A stretch of DNA of 64,000 nt from Fimbriosthenelais zetlandica (Eukaryota): contig OZ365114.1 of NCBI GenBank assembly GCA_977030845.1, positions 25,172,001-25,236,000 of the forward strand. The letters are read 5' to 3'. Position numbers and translations under genes: made by a program. The notes below the pieces were generated by a model. The model was not told the origin of the DNA and made no database searches. It saw only the letters and a program-made list of their open reading frames with translations. How positions within the stretch are numbered: position 1 is the first letter of the stretch; every line of letters starts with the position of its first letter. Shown piece after piece: positions 37,903-50,000 of this stretch.

Positions 37903-39189
37903 AGTGATTCTTACATGATAAATAATAAATACCGTTTCTGATGTCACGCCTGATTTCATTCTGACCCAGATAATGACCTGAACATTAGGTTGAGTTACAG
38001 CTGGGCAACTTTAATATTCTTAATATTCACAGGATATTAAATAACTGAGCTTTGATTCGGATCATATATACGTTCTTTATTCACCCTTCTGAATATTCAT
38101 GTTAAGGCAGTTGTGCGTGACGAATACACTTGGTATTAAAGAGGTCGAGTTTCGGTGTCTAGGAAATGGGAACTCTCTGATCGTCAGTAGTATCAACAGG
38201 ACTAGTAAACAACATGCTCGTATTATATACAAAGTCAGTATCGTGCGGGTTGTAAATACACTAGAAGATTCAACTTATCAGTACTTATCTATATTAAGTT
38301 CGTCACAAGAAGACTCCTGCCATTAGTTCCCCATCCACTCATCTTCCTGGTCAGAGGTAAAGTAAATTCACCTTTAAATATCACTATTATATCACCTATC
38401 ATTTCTAAGTGTAATCTATGGGAGCATGTTAGATCACTAAGGCTAGAAGTTGATATTATGGGTCTGGACCTGCAGTAACGTCTAAAACTAGGTAAGTGGA
38501 CCATCAACTTTTTATCTCGCCTTTCCTGTGATGTTCTCTGAGTGTATCATCGTTCTTGTGCAGTATTTCATATATATAGGCCATACAGAAAAACCTTTCT
38601 TTGATGGTTCATGTGAGAGAGCATATACTGTGGCGACATCTTCATCTCATAGGCATATACTTATAAAGGCATAACATATTACAATGGCCAATTCCTTATG
38701 AAGAAATATCTCAGGATTTTAAAGGATCTTTAAACACATTATTTGTTGGCACCATTCACTTCTAACCCCCTTGTGGCATAGCAACGCTTAAGCATAGGGA
38801 GTGGTCAGGGTCAACGTCATGTGACCATGACGTTTACAATTATGTAAATATGGCATGTGATAGTTCTTATATCTGCACGCAGATACCATGTATAGATTCA
38901 ATCATCTAATATGCAAGGATATTCATTATTAACAGGATACATATCTTTGACAAGTAGTGACCTTTATTTTTGAGAACACAGGTATAGAATTGTATACTTT
39001 GTTTCTTGTGATAAGCTTGCTCAGCATGTTTCCATTCAGCGACCTTCATCAGGTAGGACTTCTTAAATTATTGACTCAGACAGAAGTCATATATATATAA
39101 ATTCAATGCTTCCAAGTTACTGATTTTTTTGCACTTTATCTTATTCTAATAGCTTCGGGGAATCTGTGTTGAAAACCTGAGTGGTGAGC

Positions 39190-42100
39190 ATGGATTCTTC
39201 TGATGAGGACTCGAATATACCAACCAACATGTTTGTCGACGTAGACCAATCAATGGTGGTGGGCAGGCATGGTTACCTTGAAATCATAGAGAGGCGGCTC
39301 AATAATGAAAAGTAAATTTATCTTATCTTTTATTTGATTGATGTTTTATGTCGCAGCAAAGGCCACGGTCAATAATGACACGTTACTCAGTGGCTTCCCA
39401 CTACAAAAACCTGCTACCATGTAATGATACAACAATGTGTTGCCGCGGTCACTGGCCAATCGCACCCAGAAAAAATATACCACGGCCAAGACACGCTGAC
39501 TTGTCATTAGTATTTGCTCTGTAGCATATATAATGCAGAACAAATTGCATCGTGTAAAATGTCAATGATTGACTAGCTCTGTATAAAGTCCTATACCGGT
39601 ATAAAGCTATAAATTCTTTTGTACTGCATGTCAATTCTTTTATTATGTCAATTCTTCTTCTTTGAAAATGTGAATGAAAGATGTATAATAATACACACGA
39701 GTACTTTGTTTTATCATGTTTTCAGGATAATTGCCATTTCTGGTATGGGAGGTGTGGGTAAGACGACATTGACCTGCCTCTATGGTTATGGCAACATGCA
39801 GAAGTATAAAGATGGTGTCTTCTTTGTTGATGCTAGTAACATTGATATGTTACCACTGAACTTTGCTGATCTAGGTTAGTTACATATCCTAATAGAACGG
39901 AATAAACATTATATTCTTGTTGCAAAGAACGCGGCATAAACCTAATGTGGTCTATCCTTCAAATATGTTACAGTAGACCATGTAGCCTAATCAGTCATAT
40001 TTTCCTTCATTTCCTTTCCTTGGTTCCTTTCAAGACATCAATAGGTCTTATGTTAATACCATTGCTCTTCCTGCAGCTGGTCCATCGGTCATGGACCTGA
40101 TACCAAGGCCAGAGCAGGACATAACAAGCAGCATTAAGGCGGCTTCCAACTTCTTAGAGCGTCACTCTGACTATCTGCTAATCTACGATGCTGCTGATGA
40201 TGTTAGCATCCTTGAGGAGCTAGGTAAACAGCGGCCTTCAGGTGCCCGCTACATACCACCCAAAATCAAACTGAAAGGTCATGTCATTATCACCTCACGA
40301 TGCCCAAAGGAAAAATTCGATCTTGTACAAATCCTCGACCCGATCCATCTAGATGATTTGTCCTCAGAAGATGCACAGGTCTTCCTCTGGAGAAGAATCT
40401 ATGGTGATGAATGTCAGAATCTGGAAGAGAGGAAACAGCTGAAGACTTTGTCAGACCAGTATATTCGCTCTCATCTTCCACTCTTCCTGGAACAGACGGC
40501 TTCGTACATCAGGGGGGAGAACATGACGTTTAAGGAGTATATCAGAGAGATACAACACAAACAGAAAGTTCCAGTCGGGGCCGCAAGCTACGGAGATAAT
40601 CGGTTTGGCATCGACGAACGCTACATCCCAACGTTTGACGGCATTGAGAAAAGTTGTAAAGAGGCTGGTGTTCTGCTCAATTATGCTGCACTCTGTCATT
40701 CAAGAGACATTCCCATGTTCCTCTTCTCAACTCTTGCTTATACTGTCAATGTCCATATGGAAGGCTCTGACGTAGATGAGAATTCAAGAGCACTTGCTGA
40801 CTTCATTCTTGAGAAAATGAAAGAAGAAGGTTTCCAGGTAGAGGCGGACTTTGACTTCTCCCAAATCAATGACACAGGAGAGAATGGAGTGAAGAAACTT
40901 CTAGCTTTTCCTCGCAACACACAACTTGTAAACTACAAGAGGGGAGGTCACAAGTTCACTATACATGCCATCATCCAAGACCAACTGTGTGTCAGGATGA
41001 AAGAAACTGAAAAGATATCGACAGTGCATACTCTTGCAAGTCTCTTCCTGTATGTCCTCTCTTCGAACCATATTCCACCAGGCACCAAGAGAATGGTCCT
41101 GGCTCATGCGGACAGTTGTGCAGGCCATATCCGAGGCATGGACTCGGCAAAGACTGAAGCCCTTGTCCTGAAACTTCGTATAAAAACGGCATATATCTTT
41201 GCAACACTTGATTCAAAGGACGTAGCATGGAGAATCCTGAGTGATGTTGAGGAGAAGTTATCAAGGTTAGATGCCGTTGATATCAGAAAAGAGCTCATCT
41301 CTGTGAAGGCAAAACTACTCATCTGGCAACACAAAGCTACAGACGCCCTCAGAATTGCAGATGAAGGGTTAAAGCTTTTCGAATATGGGAATACTTTAGA
41401 CATGGCTGATCTGGATGCTACGAGACAGTACGCTTTGCTTTCCAAGTCTTCCGCCCATGCACTCATTATACTCAATGAGCCTGATTTGAATAAGATCCAG
41501 AAGCACATCTCTGAGGCGAAGAGGGCGTTTGAACATATCATTGGTGAGTTACCTTGATGTATTACCCCTAGGTTCCATAATATGATGTTTTATTTCCACG
41601 TTGTATCTTTAAATTAGAACTTGAATATTTTGTCGATTTATTTTTCGGTTCATAGAAAGGGACAGGCATAGTGGCATAGTGGAATATGCAACGTTGCTTA
41701 TGCTGCATGGCCAGATGCATCGAAACATTGCCTACAAAAACCAGGACAACCCAGACTTGCATAGAGAGGAATTGACCAAGGCAAGCAAATACTTGAAGGA
41801 GGCCTACGATCTCATGGATAAAAGCCACAGTACCACTGATCTTTGCAGGGTGATTCTTTTCAATATACTTAGAACTTTTGGACTTTTGGGGCTGATACCC
41901 CAATACATTCCCTATAGTAGACGATTCTGATACCCTATACAGTAGCAAACGTTTCTGGACTAATGCAATGAATTTCATTCTTTACATTCAACAGGTCCAC
42001 CTCAACCTGGCTGATGTAAAGCTAGGGAAGATCTCCCGAGCTGAGGCCATTACTAATATTGGTGAGAGCCATACAGATTTGGTGGAAAAACTAGGGTACA

Positions 42101-42543
42101 ATCATCGCTACTCAGCCTGGATTCTAGAAAAGATGGGTCAGCTCATGGCAGAGGAGAAGAAGCATGAGGAGGCTTTGGATTTGATGAGAAAGAGCCTTGT
42201 CATACTCAAAGAGGCTTATGGACAAGACGGTGGAAGTGTACAGATTGGTGGAACAATGCTGCAAGAAGGTAAGAACTTGGTTGATGAAATTACACATTAA
42301 CTGGGATGTACTTGGACGAGTCGGATGTTAAGCTATAGTTAGATGCATAGTAAAATTTCCATTTATCCTTGTCATTTCCGTACAGGGAAGTCGTTGCTTG
42401 CATTAGGACGGACAGAAGAGGCTCTGAAAATCTTTCTTGAGGCAGAGAAGTATTTGATTCTAACCCCACAACATGGAGCCTACAAAGAATTGTGTGGTCT
42501 ACTGGAGAAAACACACGAAATCCTTGAATACGAAACTGTGTGA
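39190..42543 (+). CDS. NB-ARC (STAND) NTPase - TPR protein, copy 2, 787 aa
   Basis: Exons 39190-39311, 39726-39874, 40077-41543, 41656-41849, 41995-42268 and 42386-42543; same exon lengths and phases as copy 1; 29 amino-acid differences by manual count. Confidence 0.92.
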
Positions 42544-42576
42544 ACAGCCATGAATACGAAACTGTTTGAACAGTAC
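42525..42576 (+). repeat. 26-bp tandem duplication spanning the stop codon of STAND copy 2
   Basis: TGAATACGAAACTGTGTGAACAGCCA followed by TGAATACGAAACTGTTTGAACAGTAC; absent in copy 1. Confidence 0.85.
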
Positions 42577-44149
42577 ATGCCATTTTACAGAATCATTAAG
42601 ATTTACCTTATTATAGATTATATTGATGATCCAAAAGATATATAGCATGCATCGTGATTTGTGAGAAGATAATATTTACTCGGATCAATTGAAAAGGATC
42701 AATCATGCTTGATAACGAATAGATAAGACATAGATGAGAGCATATACTGCTTGGCGACACATTATTGTGTCCGAGAAATATTTCTAGACGACTCTAGTAT
42801 AGAAATGTAAATTCTTTTATTACATGTTAAAGATACTTAAAATAATCACAAGACTAAAGTTGAGATGAGATTTACTGGTCCGCTGATCAGGCAAGAATAG
42901 AGTGACTATTTTCATTGTGCATGATAGTACACTATATTTAATAATCACTCTCAAGTGACATAAGTAATGTGAAAAAATAATCAATGAACAACATGGTGTC
43001 ATAGGGCAGTACAACTATAGAAAAGATGTAAACTTTGTATAGGTTAACATTGTGGTCCCATTTTATATATCAGTATTTTCGTTTTAAAGCTGGCACAGTT
43101 AAAATACACTGTCTGGTCCCGGGTTTTGGTCGTTTTACACGAAATACTGAGTTTAGTTTGACTACACTTGCACGATATAACATTGTTACTACACGGATAA
43201 TACCTTAACTTTAGAACAACTTATGTTTGACAATTAACCATTTGGATTAACACAAAACATCCTATAATAATTTTTTTTCTTCTTCATGAAGTGACCTCCC
43301 ATCTGACTGACCCATAAGCTTATAGAGGCGTTATAGAGGCATGACCAGAAATTGTTCATGTTCCCGCTAACCTAAAGCTAACGTCACCCTAAAATTTATA
43401 ACTGTATCAATTAACAATGTAAATAGATGGATTATATTGAATTTAAAAGTTATGGTGGCACAATGATTAGGAAACATGAGTTGTTAGATTTATATAATAT
43501 TATCATATCGAGTGGCTATGTACCTCTATGAAAAAAGCATGGAATGGTTCTATAGATCTCTTTCAGATGGCGTCGTTGTTGAATCCTAGATGTGGCACCC
43601 ATGATTTCAGACTGTTTCTAGCCTTCCCGTCTACCGTCGTTGTACCGTGCACAGATGGTGAGGTCACTTTAAATTGATGGTTGTATTTTTTTATCACTGT
43701 TTGACATCGTCACAAAGACACTGAGTAGGAATACATCATTATATGCACCTGTGTGTTGGGGCTCATCGAGTCATCTGGACGCATGCACCAAGAGGACTGC
43801 TGACCATCTGTAAAATAAATCCCAAACAATGATACACACTTCATTCCTGAGACATGCACTAAAATCTGAAGCTGCAACATCAATAGATTCTTATTCAAAT
43901 GAAATAAGTTCCTACATCATTGCATTCCTTTAATTCCTAGGTTTCAATAAATTTTCTATCAGCTATGGTTCTCTAGTTTTTCAAATGAGTTCCTTTAAGG
44001 AGGTCTGTAGTATTGAAACATCACAGTTTGTTTTACATGTAATTGGTTTGATCCGTGGCTGCTAGCTTGAACCCGGGGGATCCATATCGGCCGTAAACAG
44101 TCATCTGACAATGTCTCTGTACTATTTTCACAAGGTCCCAAACGAATGA

Positions 44150-45050
44150 AGTTCGTTAGTGGAGGATTACTGTCGTGGTCGGTCGTGATTCAGTCGGCCA
44201 TCAATCACGTTTTTGTATTGACTAACGGCATGAAAGCTGGCGCTGGGTGCAGCTCAGCCAAGCTGCATTATGAGATCTCCACCAAGCCATCGATACAGAC
44301 CAGCTTTTATATAGACTGCCTTGGTCATCTAGGGCTCCCACTAAACACCACTCCTTCATGGCTGACCTTCAACTGCTCCTTCCTTTGCCCAATATACCAG
44401 GGGTTCATGTTGCACACAGAAAGGTTGACATCAAACATGTATGATGCATCGTCCACTATTATACTATCTTGCAAGTTTCTCTTGAGAATGGCTTTCATGT
44501 ATAATCCTATAGAAGCATGTATAGTCACCAATTCAGCATTTAAATGCTGCATTGGTGATTGCAAGAACAAGTACCAATGCAGGCTATATATAGATACATG
44601 TATCGTAATACTCTTAAATCTGGTGACACCATACTGGTGCTGTCAGAGATCACTGCTTGGATCCTTTGCTTCTAGGAGCAAGTTGACAATGTTGAATTAC
44701 ACTCAATCTCAATGGGGAATTTCCATGTACTATGGCACTCTCGTTGGTCATCTATTTTACTTGGAGCCCACCGGCGTCTTTCCTATCTTCCTCCCAATTA
44801 GAACCAAGATGGATGACCCATCAGTGCAAGTGAGAGTTCTTTCAGGGCTTCAGGAGTGAGAAATTGCTTCTGAACTGTTATTGAGTTCATCTGGGGCCTG
44901 TTTCACTGAGGCTTGAATTTTGCGAGTCTTGCATAAAATAGAATGATATCCTTCAGTTCTTGAGAAAACCTCGAGGAAAAGCGTTTTTAGTTGAAACAGG
45001 CTTTAGAGCTTCCCGCAAGGTGGATCAGTTTGCGAGGAGCTAAGGTTTAT
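44150..45050 (-). mobile_element. Decayed LINE (CR1/L2-type) reverse transcriptase
   Basis: GPDEL-like motif, PEALKELSLAL, QHQYG, and YIGQRKEQLKV...SGSPR*PRQS (degenerate SGVPQGS) on the - strand. Confidence 0.6.
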
Positions 45051-45858
45051 GTTATATCCAAGACAAATCCCATAGCCTGCACCTCCTCATCTCCCTGCCC
45101 TAGGAGAACCTACACGCACCTCTTGAGGCACAGATCCTGTACCCCTCATCATTATTTCCGTGTATCTCCAATCCAAACAGGAGAACCAACCTTCAGTACA
45201 TAACCTACCTCATCCTCCCACTCTTCTTGCTGTCTCCCTGCACCCCTTCCCACCCCTTAGCTTCCCCGTCTCTCCTTTCTGATAGCCTATAGGTCTTGGA
45301 AGATGTACTTCCTCGACATGGGCCAAAATAACGAGACACTCTGGGCGCAATACACAGAGGATTGTTTGGTAAAATTGGATAGCATTCTGCTTGGCCGTAT
45401 TCATAAATGGTCCTATTCGCTGTGAGTGCTTGTCTACATCTCTCCAGGCATTGCATTTCATGCTCTTCTAATTTCCCTTCGTCTGTGTTTTGACATGCCT
45501 ATATCCGCAGAATAATTCTCTACGTGAAATCAATTTACTGCACTAAAGGAATATATATAGTCTCCCATGAGATATAAAACATATAAAGCATATAAAACTG
45601 AATGTAAGGACATTGTGTGCAGCTTAACCGAGATGAAAACGAATATACTGTTATGTTGACATTGCCTACATGACCTGCAAGTTGCTGCAAGACAAGTCTC
45701 ATGGCAGGCGGGGTGGAAGCAGCCTCGTAGACTTTGCAATGCCTTTGACATAGTAGGTTAAACTTAAATTCACATTTTATAGGCTAATAGCCGATTTTAA
45801 AAAGCGCCTTTTCTTAAAGGTTATGCCACTGTGCCCGGAAATAACTTATAATACACTA

Positions 45859-45915
45859 AAGACCATTTGAAATTGATGAATAAGACCAGAAGACCATTTG
45901 AAATTGATGAATAAG
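45859..45915. repeat. 26-bp direct repeat, 2 copies
   Basis: AAGACCATTTGAAATTGATGAATAAG at 45859-45884 and 45890-45915. Confidence 0.9.
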
Positions 45916-47019
45916 GAGCCTGGAATATGGATTGCCTCATGAGAATTATTCAGTTGGGTTCATACTTCAGTTCCAGTCTTCTGGTTGGATGAAATATGAT
46001 AATACTCCCTCATTAACCATGGCGATACGGGCTCGTCAGGGGAAACTACAGCCCGTGGTGAGAGGACAGCATTTCATGTGTTACCCTTGACAATTTCACA
46101 TGCCATTTGTCAAATGACAAAAATGTCATGTCATTCAGAGCTAACATTCTTCTTCGGTGTTGTTTTTTTAATACCAGTTGAATCCGGACAGGCCCTTCTG
46201 CTATATTCAGAATTGCCTAAGGCGTACTAGAATTAATGAGGTCCCTTATCTCTGTTCTTGTTCTTAATTGATTAGCGTTTGATAGCGTTCTGTAAGGAAC
46301 TGATAGGTTATATTCTATAGTCCTGGCATGCTTTATCCACTATAGAGCGATTGAAGCACAAGACAATGATAATTATCTGCGGATTCATCAGCATACCCGA
46401 CGCTTGTAATAATCTGCTCTGGTTAGATGGAAAACACCCAGATTATATTCAGAGCAGTATATTTGGCAGGCAAGACCCCACGTTCTCCCCTATAGTCTCC
46501 TCATCAGTCTATAAATCACGGACTTGTCAAGGCTTGGTTGACACCTTTGACTTTACTCCATCCTCCACCCACTGCCTCACCATTAACCCATTCCAAACCT
46601 TATACAATTCCCTCCGCAAGCTGTAAGCCGCTGGCCCAGGGCCAACAAAAAGCCTTCTCTCTGAGGCAATCCGTGCCTGGAGAAAGTCTGCTAAAAAAGC
46701 TTTGTCCATGCGAATCGTGCTTCCAGTAACACCATTACAAACTGATTTGGTTCAGATTCAAGTCCTGCACCCCAACAAATTGGCCATTATTCCTTGGTTT
46801 TCCTTTTAATTGATGAATTGGCATGGTCGGAGCAAGCCTCCCATCTAATCCATTAGCAGCCCTGTTGTTTTTAAGGTCTCTTTAGTATTTACTTCAGTAA
46901 GATCTATCCCGAGGGTGAATGAATATTCAATATCTTAATGAAAAGGCTTCACTGCCTGTGGTGTGGATATTCTTTGGGTAAGATAGTTACACTCACAATG
47001 AGAAAATGGACTCACCCTC

Positions 47020-50000
47020 TCAATAATAGTTGCAGACATCGAAACAGTCACTGTAACTTTTCCTTTCTTCATACATACATAGCCCAGTGCAGAAAGCAGA
47101 AGCTCGTTCCTGGTAGTCTGTGCTGTAGGACAAACCAGACAAGGGATGAATACAACATACACTAATTACAGATGGCTGCTGCACTGTATACAAACGTGTA
47201 GAAAAACAACCAAAATCGATCAATTTAGGAAATTCATTGAATAGATGGAACCACGTATTTGATATCCTAATCGACTAGCTTGAAGACTCGAGAGCCAATA
47301 CAACGATATAGAAAAATATAAAGTTGTACAAGATACAGCCCTGATGGGAGAAATAACGTGAAATTCTGAAGCATCATGCAGAGGAATGGTATGAAAGGCC
47401 ACATCATCTACCAAGGAGATACGGACTCATCTTCTCCTTATATTTAACAAACATCATGCATACATTTCTCTCTGTGATATAAGAAAGTGTACGTAGGCTC
47501 GCCATCTGAATAATAATCTAAATGCTTCAACCCTAAATCTGCAACTTTGTGATCCTATAATTTATAATGGTTATTCAATCTAGTCACTCCATTTGTTGAC
47601 CATGATTAAATTTCTGTTCATCTCATTAAACCAACAACATGACTGCTAGCTAAGTCACAGAACACAGGCGCAAACCACAATGCAAACGAGGCTACCTAGA
47701 CCGGAACAGGAAGTCAGTGGCAGCCCTGGTGGCAGTCTAATCAATCACACGCTAGAATGCCAGTGAGGCCCCAAAGTACGGTTCCTGGATAAATAACTCA
47801 TCATCGATTTCATTTCCATGTTAATGAGATATCCCAATACAAAAGGAAGCTTCATTATCCTGTTTTATGTGCCCGGCTCCGTTGAATGCTGCCATATCCC
47901 TTGCTGGCCCACTATCGCTGAATTTCAATATGGCTGCCAAGTCCTCTGTGCCGTGTTGTGCTGCAGTGACTGGAGGGGCATCACTACTGCTACAAAATAT
48001 CCCGACTCAGATTATTAACTTTCTTAATGTCATCAAAAATGCTTGCACTTTTATTTCTCCCAGGGGGATTTCAATTTAATCGAAAACTCGAAAACGAAAA
48101 TGAGGGCGAAGAAAAAAACCTTTGGCAAAATTCTGAAATGTTAGATGTCTATCAACATCTGTGACGGCTGTTTTGTACCCAGGCACTCAAAGATAAGATG
48201 AGAGATGGGCCTCGTATAGGCTAGTTGCCTGCGTGACTTTTACATTTTCCTTTCCCTTTCGTTATTCGTGATAGACTTCAGCCTTCGTTTCGCCATTGTT
48301 TTCATGATTGATCTGATTAGACGAAATCGCATTTGAATTGCATTTGTTCTCTTTGCTCTTGGGTTTGCGCCTTAAGAAGAGTGAGGCTAGGACAATATTT
48401 ATTTAAGCTGAAATCACAACAACACCATATCACTGGGAAAGAATCTTAACAGAAAGATGATTGATGTCATTTTTCTCTTAGGGTGCATTTAGAAGTGCTC
48501 GATTTTCAAGTAATTGGATAAACAGGAATATGAATTGGTTGAAACGTTAATATTGGTTGTCTGTGATACTGAATCAAAAGGATTCCAATGGCTTCTTTAA
48601 TTGGGATTGAAGTTGAAATAATATCAGAAATGGAGAACATAGTAGATTTAAATAGTCATATCCTGTTTGTTCAATTACTCATATTATATCTAAGGGGGGT
48701 TAATTGTGCTTTATAGACCTTAATAAAAGCAAACATCCAGATACTATTTAGCTTCCTACAAGGTTTTAGGATCTTGGTGTCTATTAAAATATCTTTCGAT
48801 TGTACAACGGTTGAATAAGGTTCTCGTTTATTTCTGATCTAAAAATCCTTTAAATTATTTCAATTGTGAAAATAATGTTGGTTATATACATGCTTAATTA
48901 ATGACGAAATAAAGAGAAACCAACTTCATGTATCATACGTGGCCCCCTGCATCCCTATTCAACGAGTTTTGGTGTACATAATTCCCTTTTCCCTATACAT
49001 TTATGACTTTAAGGTACATTGCCTTTACAATAAATGCTGCCAAAATGAAATTTCGGCAGACAACCTCGATTTGTCTGCTGGGTGTATATTAATACTTCCC
49101 TATATTGAAGGAAGGTTTAACCCCACAAGGGGCCGCATTTGATGCAAGATAACCTAATAATTATACTTTGAAGCAATAATCTTAACATTGCAAACTTACA
49201 AACTCCCACTTTATAGAGGAAAGTAAATAACGAATTAATTCTATTACTCAGCTTTTTCATAAGTGAAAGATATTTTAGCTTAAACGGGCCTCTTGCATAC
49301 GTTTAAATAGCTCGATCTTGTCTTTTAAATGATGCTTGTATAAAGAACGGGATCAAAATTAAAAAACAGAAATAAATAGGCCCCCGATATGTTGGCGACA
49401 CATTTACCCTGGGGAGGACATTTGCGGGACACCATTAATATCATAAATTTATCTCAAGAATAAAATACCACACACTCTGTGAATGAAAGTATCTTCACAC
49501 TTGGCAATGAAATTCATGGTTGTAGGATTGGTTGTAACATTGTAATCAAAGAAGAGAAAAACACTAAAGTGAACCTGAACTTACAAGCTTCCAGTTGAAA
49601 GGTAAAGTTGAAGTATAACAAATCAGAGGAAAATATACGGTCAACTACAAATTCCTAGTTATTAAAGTATAAATATAATGGTACTGTAGTGAAGGATACT
49701 CAATAGGAAAGCCAGAGGATTCTAAAAGTCATACATCTAAAAGTTAAGAAAAACTTGTCTAAGGATACAGGAGTTCAATAGATACTACATATAAGATAGA
49801 TTTTTGTTTTAGAGCCAATCATGATTAACTTCTGTCAGTGAGAATTTGAGGCCAATATAGAATAAGAATATATATATTACTTCTACATATTATGATTACA
49901 ATAATTCTGTATTTTTCTAATATATTACTCCGGAAATTGGGAATCAGTGAGATATCCACAAAACATGACACGACTCAATCACAAACGACAATGACTCCAA

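Larger units (their letters stand above)
31905..43150 (+). repeat. Tandem segmental duplication (~5.5 kb units): ~31905-37640 and ~37708-43150
   Basis: Collinear similarity across the MBLAC1 3' part, the intergenic block (32890-34160 vs 37920-39150), all STAND exons and introns, and the downstream flank (37480-37635 vs 42895-43145). Confidence 0.9.

Noticed and set aside
35318-42583. Many short antisense and off-frame ORFs over the STAND genes
   Set aside because: Shadow ORFs of real exons, duplicated along with the gene.
43567-43657. Orphan + strand exon (MASLLNPRCGTHDFRLFLAFPSTVVVPCTD)
   Set aside because: It has AG and GT boundaries but no partner exons or recognisable homology; probably chance.
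44146-44859. 237-aa + strand ORF as a gene
   Set aside because: It is the antisense shadow of a LINE RT relic; no start context, splice support or recognisable domain.
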